Below are positions 40,131 to 54,050 of a stretch of DNA of 64,000 bases, in pieces. The DNA comes from the human T2T-CHM13v2.0 reference genome, Homo sapiens: the NCBI RefSeq assembly GCF_009914755.1, contig NC_060945.1. One strand, written 5' to 3'. The notes under the pieces were generated by a model that saw nothing but the letters and a program-made list of their open reading frames with translations, did no database searches and was not told the origin of the DNA. Both the position numbers and the translations under genes were made by a program. Every line of letters begins with the position of its first letter. Within the stretch, counting starts at the first letter, position 1.

Positions 40131-42233
40131 CTAAATGACTGAAGCTTCTTAGAATTGATGGGGGCAGGCATCACATGGGCAGCAAGGCATTCACATAATG
40201 GAGAATCATGGTCTCCTGTAGATGTCTAGGAGTGATAAAATTAACTACCTTTTAGGTGGTGTAGTTTCCTGGTTGAGCTGATAATTATTAAGTTAATGAT
40301 TAGTAGGTTATTTCTCAACACTGAAGAGATTATTAGTGTTTCAAAGTTTTCACTGTAATTCATCTGTAAAACCATTCAACCTACCTCCAGTACACCTCAG
40401 TAATCTGGTGACAAGAGAGTATTCTTGCACACTTTATTTCCTCTTCAGTGATCTAATGCCAATAATGCCAGCCTATAGAAACAACAGCCAATTATAACAA
40501 AAAGCACATTAAAAAGTCAAATATAGCTGAGTAATAGACATAAAAATACCTTATTAACATTTTTGTAACACTCTCAACTGAAATAAACAGACCACTCTCG
40601 ATTTTAGCATCTGGTTCCAAACAATTCTTGTTTGGGTGATAACTTTTTAAAAACAAATGCTGGGCATCTTTCATCGACTTTTCATCAAGTAACAGCTGTT
40701 CCTTTAGAACAAAATGTATGCATGTTGGAAGGGTGACTGATGCTCACTTCTGTTTTGTTCTGTGTGAGAAAGCTTTATGTTGGGTGCAATTCAGAAAACA
40801 AATGGTTTCAAATCTTTTGAATAGATGCCATAGCACAGTTTAAATGCAGCTTCTTGTGATTTTTAGAATAATTTCAGCCACAATTTTTACATTCAATTTA
40901 TAACTATACTAAGACATTCTCCTTCAGAACAAAGGCATTTCTGTTTTCATGTGCTCTTGGGCATCTTCGGGTCATTCATTATATCAATCATTTATCTTCG
41001 TAAAGTGTTTGGCTATGAACAATTACTTACTACACCAAAACATGAAAGAAATAGATATAGCTCATCTGCTCTTGAATGCATTTCTACAGATTCCCTTAGG
41101 ATAATTCCTGTTTCAACTTAAGCTATTAAATTTTTTGCTGAATTCAAATCACCTAATCTGCTGAAACATGTGGAGACAAATAACCACAGACGTTTGCATG
41201 AAGGTTCAGGTGTATTTAAGGGAAGCTTAATTATAAGACACTATGAAATTCTCCTAATTAATTTGGAGCTAAATATTCTACATCAAATATTTTACAAAAC
41301 TTAAAGAAATATTTACTTTTCACATGATTACGATTTTGATACTAGGTTAAAAATGACTTATATTGGCATTTTTTAAACAGTTTAAGACAAATAATGTTTT
41401 TGATACTGTTTATTATAACATATGAAAAGTCTTTATATTTATGCAAATATACTCTATTTTATTGTCTGTTCATTTCATGTTGCATTTGCATGCACTCCTG
41501 AATTACTTGTTACTAAAACATACAGAACAGACAGAAAGTTAAAATTGGTTAATTTCTATCTAATCTGGATAAGATAAACACAATGAGTGAAATAAATCAT
41601 TATGTCAAATAACAAAAACCTCATGCATAGAAACTTCAACATTTCTGAATAACAAAAAGTATAACATTATGTAGGGCAAGGTGCCACTTTTGTATCAACT
41701 AGAAATAAGCCCTGAATCTGAATGATGAAATTTTAATAGTAACTGTTGACCGCAGGGCAGAGTTTACTCTCTTGGTCAGATGCTTTTGTGAATGACACAG
41801 TGTGTCCAGATCACTTTTCCCTATAATCACTTCAAATTACTTGACTTTTTGATCTGTTCCTTTTTTCTGTCTCTTTTTTGTCCACAACAGATATTCCAAA
41901 TATCCACCGAGTTTTCAAATACTCCAGTCCATAATTGGTCTTCCCATTCCTAGCAGAAGTACTTTGTCTTCTACTTCCCAGAATAATGTTAATTCTCTTA
42001 TTTTAGACTTGCTTGCTTTAATTTGTATTTGTTCTTGGCTTTTTTTCTTTCCATCTCACAGGATAAGAGGGCATCTCTTCTTCCATATTCATAAATACGT
42101 TGCCAACAGGAATTTGTTGTTATTTACACTTTCTTCTCCTAGACATTTTAATTTTACTTACCTTCCCTGAGCACATGGCAAAGTCAAAACACAAGCAGAA
42201 TCTTACTTATGAATAGAGGCAGATTTATTAAGC

Positions 42234-42456
42234 CAGGGGTAGGCAAACTATAGCCAATAAGCCAAAGCCAGGCTGCCACGGGTTTTTATAAATAAAATTT
42301 TATAGGAACTCAGCCACAGACATTCCTTTACATATTGCCTACAGCTGCTTAAGCACTACAAAGGCAAAGTTGCATATTTACAACACAAATCATATGGCCT
42401 GCAAGCCTAAAGTATCTACTATCGTGCCCTTTATAGAAAATGTTTATCAGCTTTTG
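42234..42456 (+). mobile_element. MER58A hAT-Charlie DNA transposon
   Basis: caggggtaggcaaacta...tttttataaataaaattttat...tggcctgcaagcctaaa...ccctttatagaaaa. Confidence 0.85.
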
Positions 42457-42711
42457 TTCTCTTATCCTAAGTTATGAGGCTTACATTTCTGGCCACCTCA
42501 TTTGCATTTGAGTTTCCAGTTTTGAGTTTGTTGTTTTGTATTCTTGCTTAAAGAGCCCCAAACCCTGACCTCCAAATTGAATGTGCTGTAGATCCCACAA
42601 AATATGGATCCAATCAAGCTGATGCCATGTCATTATCTGTAGCTTTTATTCTTTGCCATCACACACCTTCCTTGAACAGTTAGGCTTCTGCAAAAAATCT
42701 TAAATAATCAC

Positions 42712-44979
42712 TGATATGGGTTGGTTCTGTGTCTTCACCCAAATCTCATCTTGTAGCTCCCATAATTTCCACGTGTTATGGGAAGGATCCAGTGGGAGAT
42801 GACTGAATCATGAGGGCACGTATGTCCCATGCTGTTCCTGTGATAGTGAATGGATCTCAGGAGATCTGATGGTGTTAAAAATGGGAGTTTCTCCACACAA
42901 TCTCTTTTTTGCCTGCTGCCATCCATGTAAGATGTAGCTTACTCCTTCTTGCCTTCCACCATGATTATGATGCCTCTCCAGCCATGTGGAACTGTAAGTC
43001 CAACAAACCACTTTCTTTCGTAAATTGCCCAGTTGCAGGTATGTTTTTATCAGCAGCATGAAAATGAACTAATACAGTAAATTGTTACCAGTAGAGTGGG
43101 GTGCTGGTGGAAACATATCCAAAAATATGGAAGCGACATTGGAACTGGGTAACAAGCAGAGGTTGGAACAGTTTGGAGGACTCAGAAGAAGACAGGAAAA
43201 TGTGGCCAAGTTTGGAACTTCCTAGAGACTTGCTGAATGGCTTTGAACAAAATGCTGACAGTGATATGGACAATGAAATCCAGGCTGAAGTGGTCTCAGC
43301 TGGTGATAAGGAACTTGTTGGGAACCGGAGTAAAGGTGAATCTTGCTATGTTTTACCAAAGACACTGGTGGCATTTTGCCCAGCCCTATAGATTTGTAGA
43401 ACTTTGAACTTGAGAGAGATGATTTAGGGTATCTGGCAGAAGAAATTTCTAAGCAGGAAAGCACTTAAAATGTGAATTCGGTGCTGTTGAAGGCATTCAG
43501 TTTTATAAGGGAAGCAGAGCATAAAAACTTGGAAAATTTGCAGCCTGACAATGCAATAGAAAAGAAAATCCCATTTTCTGAGGAGAAATCCAAGCCAGCT
43601 ACGGACATTTGCATAACATAACGGGGAAAATGTCTCCAGGACATGTCAAAGGTCTTTACCTCAGCCTCTCCCATCACAGGCACAGAGACCTAGGAGGAAG
43701 AAGTGGTTTTGTGGGCTGGGCCCAGGGTTCCTTTGCTGTGTGCAGCCTAGGGACTTCATCCCCTGCATCACAGCAACTCTAGCTATGGCTGAAAGGGGAC
43801 AACATAGAGCTCAGGCTATGGCTTCAGAGGGTGCAAGCCCCAAGCTTTGGCATCTTCCATTTGGTGTTGATCCTACGAGTGCACAGAAGTCAAAAATTGA
43901 GGTTTGGGAACCTCTGCCTAGATTTCAGAAGATGTATGGAAACGCCTGAATGCCGAGGCAGGAGTTTGCCATATGGGTGGGGTCCTCATGGAGAACCTCT
44001 GCTAGGGCAGTGCAGAAGGAAAATGTGGGGAGGGAGCCCCCACACAGAATCCCTACTGGGGCACCACCTAGTGGAGCTGTGAGAAGAGGGCCACCGTCTT
44101 CCAGACCCCAGAAGTGTAGATCCTCTGACAGCTTGCACCGTGTGCATGGAAAAGCTGCAGACACTTAACACCAGCCCATGAAGACAGCCAGGAGGGAGAC
44201 TGTACCCTGCAGAGCCAGAGGGGTGGAACTGCCCAAGACCATGGGTATCCACCTCTTGCATCAGCGTGACCTAGATGTGAGACATGGAGTCAAAGGAGCT
44301 TTAGATTTGACTGCCCTTCTGGATTTCAGAATTGCATGGGGCTTGTAGCCTCTTTGTTTTGGCCAATTTCTCCCATTTGCAATGGGTGCATTTACCCAAT
44401 CCCCTTACCCCTGTAACCCCATTGTATCTAGGAAGTAACTAACTTGGTTTTGATTTTACAGGGTCATAGGTGGAAGGGACTTGCCTTGTCTCAGATGAAA
44501 CTTTGGACTGTGGACTTTTGAGTTAATGCTAAAAAGAGTTGACATTTTGGGGGACTGTTGGGAAGGCATGACTGGTTTTGAAACATGCAGATATGAGATT
44601 TGGGAGGGGCTGGAGTGAAATGATATGGTTTGGCTCTGTGTCCCCATCCAAATCTCATCTTGTAGCTCCCATAATTTCTATATGTAGTGGGAGGGACCTG
44701 ATGGGAGAAGACTGAATCATGGGGGCAGGTCTTTCCCATGCTGTTCTCATAATAGTGAATGGGTCTCACAAGATCTAGTGGTGTTAAAAACAGGATTTTC
44801 TCTGCACAAGCTCTTTTTTTGCCTGCTGCCACCCACATAAGATGTGTCTTGCTCCTTTTTGCCATGATTGTGAGTCCTCCCCAGCCATGTGGAACTGTAT
44901 GTCCAATAAACCTTTTTCTTTTGTAAGTTGTCCAGTCGTGGGTATGTCTTTATCAGCAGTGTTAAAATGGACTAATACA
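42712..44979 (+). mobile_element. Complete THE1B element (LTR 42712-43076, internal 43077-44620, LTR 44621-44979)
   Basis: Two THE1B LTRs with TG/CA ends, THE1-int (ORF 43101-43391 GRGWNSLEGSEEDRKMW-like motif), purine-rich tract before the 3' LTR, perfect TSD ATCAC (42707-42711, 44980-44984). Confidence 0.95.
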
Positions 44980-46441
44980 ATCACTCTATCAAATGAGATA
45001 ATATTTATTCCTTTACCACTGACAACTCTCTCTCTTGGCTCTTCTATTCAATCATGTTACTGATAGACGCTTTGCTTTTTGTTTTTGTTGTTTAACCTGA
45101 TTGTTATAGGTTATTTTATGAATTTCTGTTCTTCTTTTAATTTTACAACAATTTTACTATTTCTCCTTACATGTTTATAAGTCATATGGAGACTACTTCT
45201 CATCTACCCTTACCCCAGAATATTAAAACTTTTCAGAGTTTCAGGATTAATTCCATTATATGGACATGATTCCTTGAGATAGGAAAAACTGATTGGATTG
45301 TGACATTAGACTTATCAGAATCTAAGATCTTACAAAATATAAAGCTTTACTAGTAATCTCATGAACTCAGTTAATCATTAGGCATGGGCAAATCAGAGAA
45401 TTATTTAGATCTCTTAATCTGATTCTTTAGATCCTTGGTTCTGTCATTAGATACTCCCTTGCCCAGGCAGATAGATGAGACTTCTAGAGAGGTATGCCGA
45501 CAATTTATTTACATGGAGATACCTGTCTCAATTATCAAATATCTTCATTTTTATGCAGATAGTTACATATGTGGTATATGTGACATTTTCCAGGGAGCCC
45601 CATAAATCCACAACCTTCTACTTTGTTAACCATAAGCAATTCTAAACGACCAAGTACATTCTGCTAAAAGCGTTTCTGTGATAGATAATCACTCTCCTGC
45701 TAGCAAAAAAACAAATTGTTTGTCAGGAGCTGTCATTAGTATGTTTATATAAGCAAAATGGGCTTCCTTCCTTCTGTGGATCCTGGCAGGGCATCTCAGT
45801 AATCAGAAAGAATCAAAGACCCTTTCCTTCCCAATCTGCTCTGGCCTTGGTCAACATCTTAGTGCCAAATATTGCTGGTGTATTATCATTATTGGCTTAC
45901 ACCATTTTCTGCAGTGTTTCACTTAAGCCAACTAATACTCTGACCTTGATTTGAACCATCCAACAGAGAGTAGGAATTCCCTCCACAAAGCAATGTTACT
46001 CATTAACATCTTCCTTTACAAGTCTCTTGATGTTCATTCACAGACTCAATTACCTTTTTCCTCCATCAACCTCAATTATTTGCATCATTTTCCACTGGCC
46101 TATGGGAGTATTTAATTGAATACATATTTTTTCTCAAATCAAATTTTCTGAAAAAAATTTGTTTCTATGAACTGTATTTTAGGTATATTCCAGGTTGGTA
46201 CAAACACTAATTTTCAGGGGTCATTATGTCAAAGAGCCCATCCACACCCCATGGCCTACATATGTCAAAGGATTGTTCTTTATTCATCCACTTTCTATGA
46301 ATTCCACACACGGGAGATAAACTTCTTTTTCATCCATATTACCAGGGTTGTCAGGGAGCAACATTAAAGGTCACAGTGTTCGGTGAAACCTTGCCATAAC
46401 TTAGACTAAACACGTTTCTCCCATAATTTTACTTCTTCAAA

Positions 46442-46478
46442 TTCTTTCTTTTTCTTTCTTTCTTTCTTTCTTTCTTTT

Positions 46479-46530
<52 letters not shown>

Positions 46531-46532
46531 TT

Positions 46533-46564
<32 letters not shown>

Positions 46565-46580
46565 TCCTTCCTTCCTTCGT

Positions 46581-46623
<43 letters not shown>

Positions 46624-46683
46624 CTTTCTTTCTTTCTCCTTTTCTTTCTCTCTCTCTCTTTCTCTTTCTTTCTTTTTCTTTCT

Positions 46684-46695
<12 letters not shown>
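46442..46695 (+). repeat. Compound (TTTC)n/(CT)n microsatellite forming the Alu tail
   Basis: About 254 nt of pyrimidines with a single G at 46579. Confidence 0.97.
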
Positions 46696-46976
<281 letters not shown>

Positions 46977-48263
46977 GTTGAGCTTGTTTCTTTATGAATT
47001 CCTGCAACTCAACATTAAAGACATAATATCCCATAGTGATTAATATATCCAATAGTCCTTCCTGACTAAAGGTACAAAGTTAATCCTAGTGTTGTTAATA
47101 AGCATGGAAGTCATTATTTATTCAGTGTCTTCGGTTCAAGCATTGTCTTAAACCAAACTGATTTCCTACTGCAACTGAGTCCTCTAAAAACAGCTTCCTC
47201 TAGTGTCCCTATTTGAAGTAGCAAGTCATTTTTATCTTAATGATGGGCCTCCTAGAACACTACTTCAATTAGATTTAATATCACATGACCAAATCCTGTA
47301 ATTCTTTCAAAATGCCTGGCAAAGGGGCCAGTGCTGCTTAACTTGCCACTCATGTAGTTCATATTATGTGCTAATTAAATGTGTCTAGTTTGAAAGCATT
47401 GTCTACACCTACAAATAATGTGCTTCATGAAATTCTCTGTTAGGTATATCCTAGCACCAGATACCGTTTTATCTGGCTGTGCCATAGGCTTCCCTTAAAT
47501 GTCCTCTACGTACCTCTTGAGGGAGTTATTTATAATTTTAAAGCATTAAAGCAAACATAAAATCACATTCTCTGAGGCTTTCTAGGTTCTAGTTTTATAT
47601 TATTTAAATTAATTCCATTTACATTCACACTGATATGTTCAAAGCAACAGACCAGATCAAGCTGTGACATACCAGACAGGCAGCCACTATCTGCTTTCTA
47701 TCATGACCAGGGAGCTGTCTTAGCAATGTATCATTTTGATTTATGGCCATATAGGGTGCAGAAATTCTATTCTACAGCATCCTCTGCTCTGTACAATTCA
47801 TTGGTAGTTTCTCTGGAAAAAAATAATCTAGAATGGTAAACAAAGCCTAGAAACTGAGTGATAACTGTAGTCAACTACACACAAGCTGAGTTGTCAGGGG
47901 GCACTTTGTCATTTGTTTTATTCAGATTATACAGTTAGAACATCCAAATCAGTAGGAGTCCAATTTTCCTTTTCTGCAGTAAGCAGGCCAAGAGATTTTC
48001 ACCAACAAAGCCCATTTGTTTGGATGACAATAGCAAAAGATAGTTAAGTATGATATCCTCACTCTGAGCTGTTTGCGTGAAAATATTGTAGTGGCTTCCC
48101 TCCACGGTAATGTAATCTACTTATAAACACCTTTCCCATCTTCTATGATTTTACCCTATTTCCAAACGCTTCCTCCCAATATCAGGCTGTATAACTCATC
48201 ATGCATAATGTTTGCCCACACAATCAATAACAAGAACCTTACTAGCACACCCAAACAAATGTT

Positions 48264-48361
48264 TGGGTTTTATTTGTTTGTTTGTTTAACTTTTATTTTA
48301 AGTTCATGGTTACATGTGCAGATTTGTTACACAGGTAAACTTGTGTCATGAGGTTTGTTGT
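48264..48361 (-). mobile_element. Severely 5'-truncated L1PA 3' end (about 98 bp)
   Basis: aacttttattttaagttca...tacatgtgcagatttgttac...ggtaaacttgtgtcatg. Perfect 12-bp TSD CAAACAAATGTT (48252-48263, 48362-48373). Confidence 0.88.
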
Positions 48362-48734
48362 CAAACAAATGTTATAAGTGATAGACAAAGGACCTCAGAA
48401 GTCTCTCCTCTGTTGATAATGGAGCTACCTTCACCTTTAGCCCTAATTGGTTACATAGGAAGGAACTTTTGATCCACCACAAATTACCTTTCAGAAAAGG
48501 CACAGTCAAATTAAATGACACAAATATCATGTCTTGGGTATTGTATAATCTTCCTCTGGTGCAAGTAAATTTAAAACTGGGTTTGACACCACCATTAGAG
48601 GCCAAATAAAAGTATTAGAGGTGGGAAAGATATAAAGTTATATATTATTGCATTCTCCTTCACTCCCTCATTACTACCTCTTGATATTAGTAAGGCACAG
48701 TGGATTTTGTGATTTATTTCTCATATTAGTCTCA

Positions 48735-48835
48735 GGACGCAATGGTTTCACTAAAGGAACCCTTAATAATTTTTGAGCAAGGGGCCTTGCTTTTCATTTT
48801 TCACTGGGTTACAGAAGTTATGTAGCTGGTCCTTC
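48735..48835 (+). mobile_element. MER91-family hAT-Tip100 fragment
   Basis: taatttttgagcaaggggcc...ttcatttttcactggg...ttatgtagctggtcct. Confidence 0.72.
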
Positions 48836-49095
48836 CTGTTGACATTGGCTGTGTCATTCAGTACAACAGCATGTGTCTTTCAAATGGATTATAGCAAACA
48901 GCTGCCACAGGCATATTTTGAGTCAAAATCCTGAGGAGTCTAAATTGGTGGTCCCATTTAACTCTTCCTAAAGGGCTCTAGTTTGGATATGCCCCAATAT
49001 CATCTGACCAGTTGGATGGGATCATAAGGGCCTAATGTTATTGCCTGTGCTACCACCTACCACAATACTTTTCATGCTTATTTCTATTCAGTACC

Positions 49096-49523
49096 TGCAG
49101 TGAGTTAAATGGTGCTCTTCTGAAATTATTATTCATTCAGAATCTCAGAAGGTGACCTTCTTTAGAAATTTGCACATATAATTTGTTAAGATGAGCTCCT
49201 ACTAGATTAAGGAGGGTCCTAATTCCAATGACTGGAGGTGTTTTTATAAGAAGAGAGGACACATGGAGAAGAAATTGAAAACGAAAGCAGAAATTGGAGT
49301 AATAAATCTATAAGTAATAAAGCTCCAAAAATGTGTAGGAGAGAGTAGAACCTAGGCAGGGGCAAGAAAAGATTTTTTTCTGTGGCTTTTCAAGGAAGCT
49401 TGACCCTATTGACTCCTTGGCTTCAGACTTCTAGCCTCCAGAACTGTGAAATAATAAATTTCAGTTGTTTTAAGCTACCCAGTTTGTGGTAATTTGTTCC
49501 AGCAGCCCTAGGAAAGTACTACA
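49096..49523 (+). mobile_element. MLT1C-like MaLR LTR inserted in ERV pol
   Basis: gttaagatgag...ggtcctaattccaatgactgg...cagacttctagcctccagaactgtga...cagcagccctaggaaa. Confidence 0.85.
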
Positions 49524-50044
49524 ATGCTGTATTCACGTTCTGAACTCTTTCCAGTTATTTTGTGAGTATGGGTAGACAAGATTCTTAGAACAGTCTTGAC
49601 AGTCTCTGAGTTTATTGCTTATTGGTGGGTCCTATGAAAGATAAATTACTTCTCACAGTTTAAGGAATGTCCTAAGTTGATCTGCACTAATTTACAGGAT
49701 TTAGTTGCAGTTTAAGGAACATCCTAAGTTGATTTGTACTAATTTCCAGGAATTAATTTGCACCTTGGGCTGTGCCTTAAATTCTAGCTGGATTTATCAC
49801 CCAGCTTCTATTTGTAATATGGGTGACTATGGTCCTTAAATCCTCTCCTAATTTTTGCTCTGAGAAGAAAATTATCATCATACCATGAAAGTAGTAGATG
49901 AACTCTATCTTTTAGGTTATTCTTTACCAGATTATGGAAATGTGATAATGAATTTTTTTTAATCCATGATAAGACAGTAAACATGTACTTGTTTCTATTC
50001 TGCAAAGCTTAAAATTTTCCTACTTGAAATTAAAAAAAAAAAAT

Positions 50045-50171
50045 CTTAGGAGGCCCCTGAGATTGGTTTAATGCTCTGTTGTAGCTATCTCGAAATTCTT
50101 AATAATTTTTGAGTAAGTATCCATGCATTTTCATTTTATACTCAGCTCTATGAATTATGTAGTTAATCTTG
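50045..50171 (+). mobile_element. MER91-family hAT element inserted in ERV RT
   Basis: ttggtttaatgctctgttg...gaaattcttaataatttttgag...gcattttcatttt...aattatgtag. Confidence 0.72.
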
Positions 50172-52230
50172 ATAGCATATCAGAGCCTCTTGTCTACTTT
50201 ATTTTCTGTACATTCTTCATCATATCAGGTAGAGATGAAGCATGCAAATGAACCACCTTGATACTCTACTGTAAATGTCCAGGGGCTACCTACTTATTGA
50301 CCAGTTAGAACTACAAAAGGGAAGTTAATGTGGGGAGGGGAACTTCCTTCTAAACCATTTTCTTAATTACAACAGTAGTCTCTTATTGTGCCCTTGGAAT
50401 TCTGCATTGCTTAATATTTACTACTGTGGAGAGCTTGAGCAATTCCAAAGGATTCCATTTGGCATGGCTAATTAAAATTTGGTGAAGAGTGAGCTCAGTC
50501 TTCATCCTCTGTGGAAACACAAAGACGACAATGTCCCATTCATATTGAATGACAATTGCAATTTTGTATTTATGTGAAGGTAGCACAAGCAGGTAATATT
50601 CTCTCCAACCACACATTTCAACCTGTAACGTCATCTTTACCTTGGTTTCCTCCCTGATGTTCTCTTCATGCACTCCAGATTTCACTTAGAGCATGTATGA
50701 GACTCTTTCCTACCTTCCATAAGGCCTACTGTAAATTCTGCTCTGCATCCTACCAATGATAAGAAACTTTGAATACCACCCCAGGTAACTTTGTTCAAAT
50801 TATTACATATATGGCCTCAGATCCATGACTGGGGCTGGAATGAACAGACCTCAGTTCTTTATTTAATTGTTTTCAGATTCTATGGCTTTAATTAAGGCAG
50901 TAAACTCAGCCCCCTGTTCAAGTATATTCTGTTCTATATCATATCCTCATAATTGGATTTGAACTCTTTCAGCCACAATAAATAAAGCAAATTTTCTATG
51001 ATTCTTTAAGGGATTGGTGGGGGCTACAGTACTCCTCTGATTCAAAAGTTGATAATGTGCTTTTACTTTCTTATTAAAAATTCTATCAAGGCTTACTTTT
51101 TAAATGCTATTTATATTTTCTTCAAAAGTAAATTAATTCATGTGAGCTGCCTTTCTATTTTCTCTTCTGATTTTTAATTTCTCCCTGTTGTGCACATGAT
51201 ATAAATGCTTTTTCTCCATATAATCCCATGTATAGTAACTAAACCTGTATGTTTGTTACTGTTCTCTGAATATATATATTTGGCCCTCAAGGTTATATAA
51301 GTCTTGTAAGACAGAGAATCATTAGCTTATCCCATTCACTCTATCTCTTATTATTTGTATCAATAGCATTAACTAAGGTGTTTTCTCTCTGGAAAATATA
51401 AAGCCTGTCAACCTTTACACTTGTATCATTCCTATCATGTGAAAAGGAGAATCCAATTGGCAATTTGGAGAGGAGTAGTAGCAGTTACCCTTCTCAGTAT
51501 AGGACTGACAAATCTCACCTTAACAACTGCAGCCGATATGCTGTCACAGTATTTGGAAGTGTTTTCTCAAAAGTTTACAGCCATTTAATGATTAGTCATG
51601 ACCATGAATAGTCCTTTGCATCAGATAATAATAGAATTGCAACATGTCCTCCATCATTAATTTGAAGAATCCATGCCAATGTTAATTCACCAGTCTTCTG
51701 TTAGTGAATATTCTGTTCTTTAATAAAATATAGTTTTCACTCATCACCTGTCCTTGGACTCTGGTTACATAAATAGTTTGTCCTATAATCAATATTTTGA
51801 GTCATTTCAAAAGATACAAGAAATTTCTCCAAGAAACCAGGGAGGGATAAGAAGGTTTTCCAGTGAATAAAATGTAATCTCGCAGCTTTTTCTCCCACTA
51901 TCATCTCCTCCTATTAAAAACTAACCTATTAAAAGGTTAGCTTTTACAGGTATGCTAGCAGGAGTCAGTCAATGGGATTTGCACCCAATTTCCCTTTGTC
52001 CATGTACTCCCTAGACCCGTACTCCCAGACTGTAGTCTATGGCCCCCAGATTTCAATGGTAAGACTTATTTCCCTTAACCTGCCTCAAAGATTCCACTAC
52101 CTCATACCAAAAATGTACAGCCAACTATCCTGAGAACAAATTCTCATATTTTTCCATTATTTCCTTTTGAAAAGGAGCCCAGGTAGAAAAAGAAAACATT
52201 CACTATTTTGGTGTGTGGGTCTAAAAGACA

Positions 52231-52248
52231 ATCCTGCTCTCAGTGCCA
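52231..52248 (-). promoter_or_regulatory. Retroviral primer-binding site, tRNA-Ser(CGA)-like
   Basis: Plus strand ATCCTGCTCTCAGTGCCA vs recalled tRNA-Ser(CGA) 3' end ATCCTGCTCACAGCGCCA (16/18). It lies 3 nt after a minus-strand CA and upstream of gag/pol. Confidence 0.72.
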
Positions 52249-52251
52249 ATC

Positions 52252-52840
52252 TGAACCCACAAAAAGCATTGAATTGTCAAATCAGACTCAGATTGAAGAT
52301 TTTGCTCAGTATCATGCTTTTTGAATAATTTCAAAGATAAAATAATCATGTATGGGTTAAGTGGGGAGAGACCTGGGTCCTTTCATCTTCATTGAATGTG
52401 GTCTCATCCAAGTTTCTAGATTTGGTTTCTAAGTAAAATGTACAGTTGCTTTACTTACTCAAGTGTATTCTCAGTTACAAACCATCTCCTTTTATACTTA
52501 GACAGCAACACAGCTAACGTGACATTTTCTTGGGAATCATCACCCTACATTTATTGATTCCTGGCTTATTTTTCATAAGCAATTTTAGACAACTCCGCAT
52601 GGTCTGCTAGAAACATTTTATGAAGAATGATTCTTTGGCCACCAAAAACTATTTAGTTTATTTTCTAAGAGACTTGCATTAATATGTTTGCAGAAAAATT
52701 AAACCAGAACACCTGACTTCTTTATTTCCCAGGAGTTTTCCTCCACACCTGCCCCCATCAGGGGAGAAAATTGATCAGGAGGTACCACCCCTTTCCACAC
52801 CATTCTTGAATCTATTCTACAGAACTCTCTCACATGGTCT
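52252..52840 (-). mobile_element. Putative 5' LTR of the class III provirus
   Basis: Abuts the PBS. Minus-strand TATAAAAG near 52489-52496. Outer boundary inferred. Confidence 0.5.
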
Positions 52841-53820
52841 AGCAATATGTTTAAGGTAGAATGCTTTTTCTATCAATATTTCTTATGTGTTAAATTTGCA
52901 TTATTATATATTGACTAGAAATTATATATTCATTCTTAAACATTAATCATAATGAATCTAAAAACCTAATTTATTTCAACAAATAAATTTCTCTTTAATT
53001 CCTGTCCTCAACATTCTTTTCCTTAATATTCCTATTGTTACTGTTACAGTTATGAAATCATCTTAATGAAATCACAGCTAGACCAGTGCATTAATTTAAA
53101 ACAATAGCATCCTTTTTCTATAACTTCTTCAAACTTTTCTTCACTGTCGTATAATGATAATTACTCTAAAATGACAATCTGATCATTAAAACTTTAATCA
53201 TTTACTCTCTGCCAATTTCATAAATATTTGATTCACAGTTGTTATTTCTTCTTCAAAATACATCAAATAATCCACCTTTACGAAAAGCAATTTACTGTTT
53301 CATAAATGTGCTTTATTATGTCACATATTCAGTCTTTTAAACATTTTGTGCCATCCTTGGTCATCAAATAAATTTCTATCTACTAAACATGACTGACTTA
53401 GCAAAACTATAGCCTTAGTTTCATGCATGTCTCCATCAATTTTGGAATTGCTTTTATACCCAAACTGCAGTGGGAGAAAAACACATAACCAAATTGTGCT
53501 GATTGTTATCTCTTTAAAACCACAACCTTGAAAAGCAAATGTGCCTTTAATGCGGCCAAACAAGCCCATTTTTCTTTTGTTAGCCATTGCCTTCTTCCTC
53601 TTATGTAAGATTAACTTATGGATTCTTTCCTCATTTCACACCCCTCACATACTTTTCTTCAATCTCAATGCCAGCTGATGACCTTGTTTCCTGTGTCAAT
53701 AAATAAATAAATAGATAGATAAATAACAATCAAGAGTAAATGTATGCAGACTCCCACTACTACATATACTTAACGCCAGTATCTAAAATTACACACTACT
53801 CATCCTGCATATTAATAGAG

Positions 53821-54050
53821 CAGGGTCTTTTCTCTGGTACTATGGACAAACTGAGCCAGATAATTCTATGTTTGGGATGGGGTGTTGGAAAGGTTACCTT
53901 GTATGTTGCAGGATGTTTAGCAACATCCCTGGCCTCTCCAATTCGATGCTAGTAGTAACTCCATTCACAAGTTGTGACAACAGAAAACATCTCCAAACAC
54001 TGCCAATTGGCTCCTTGCAGAGTGAAATCTCTCCTTAAAGAAAACCACTG
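53821..54050 (-). mobile_element. MER20 hAT-Charlie DNA transposon
   Basis: ggatgtttagcaacatccctggcctc...agttgtgacaac...aaccactg. Confidence 0.85.

Larger units (their letters stand above)
47400..50830 (-). pseudogene. Decayed pro-pol (PR-RT-RH-IN) of class III ERV
   Basis: Translated motifs match recalled HERV-L Pol (AKWKPLEL, YTFTVL..HNLV, YIDD, WEINP, LGPYDP, YSPFER). Many stops, frameshifts and nested insertions. Confidence 0.78.
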
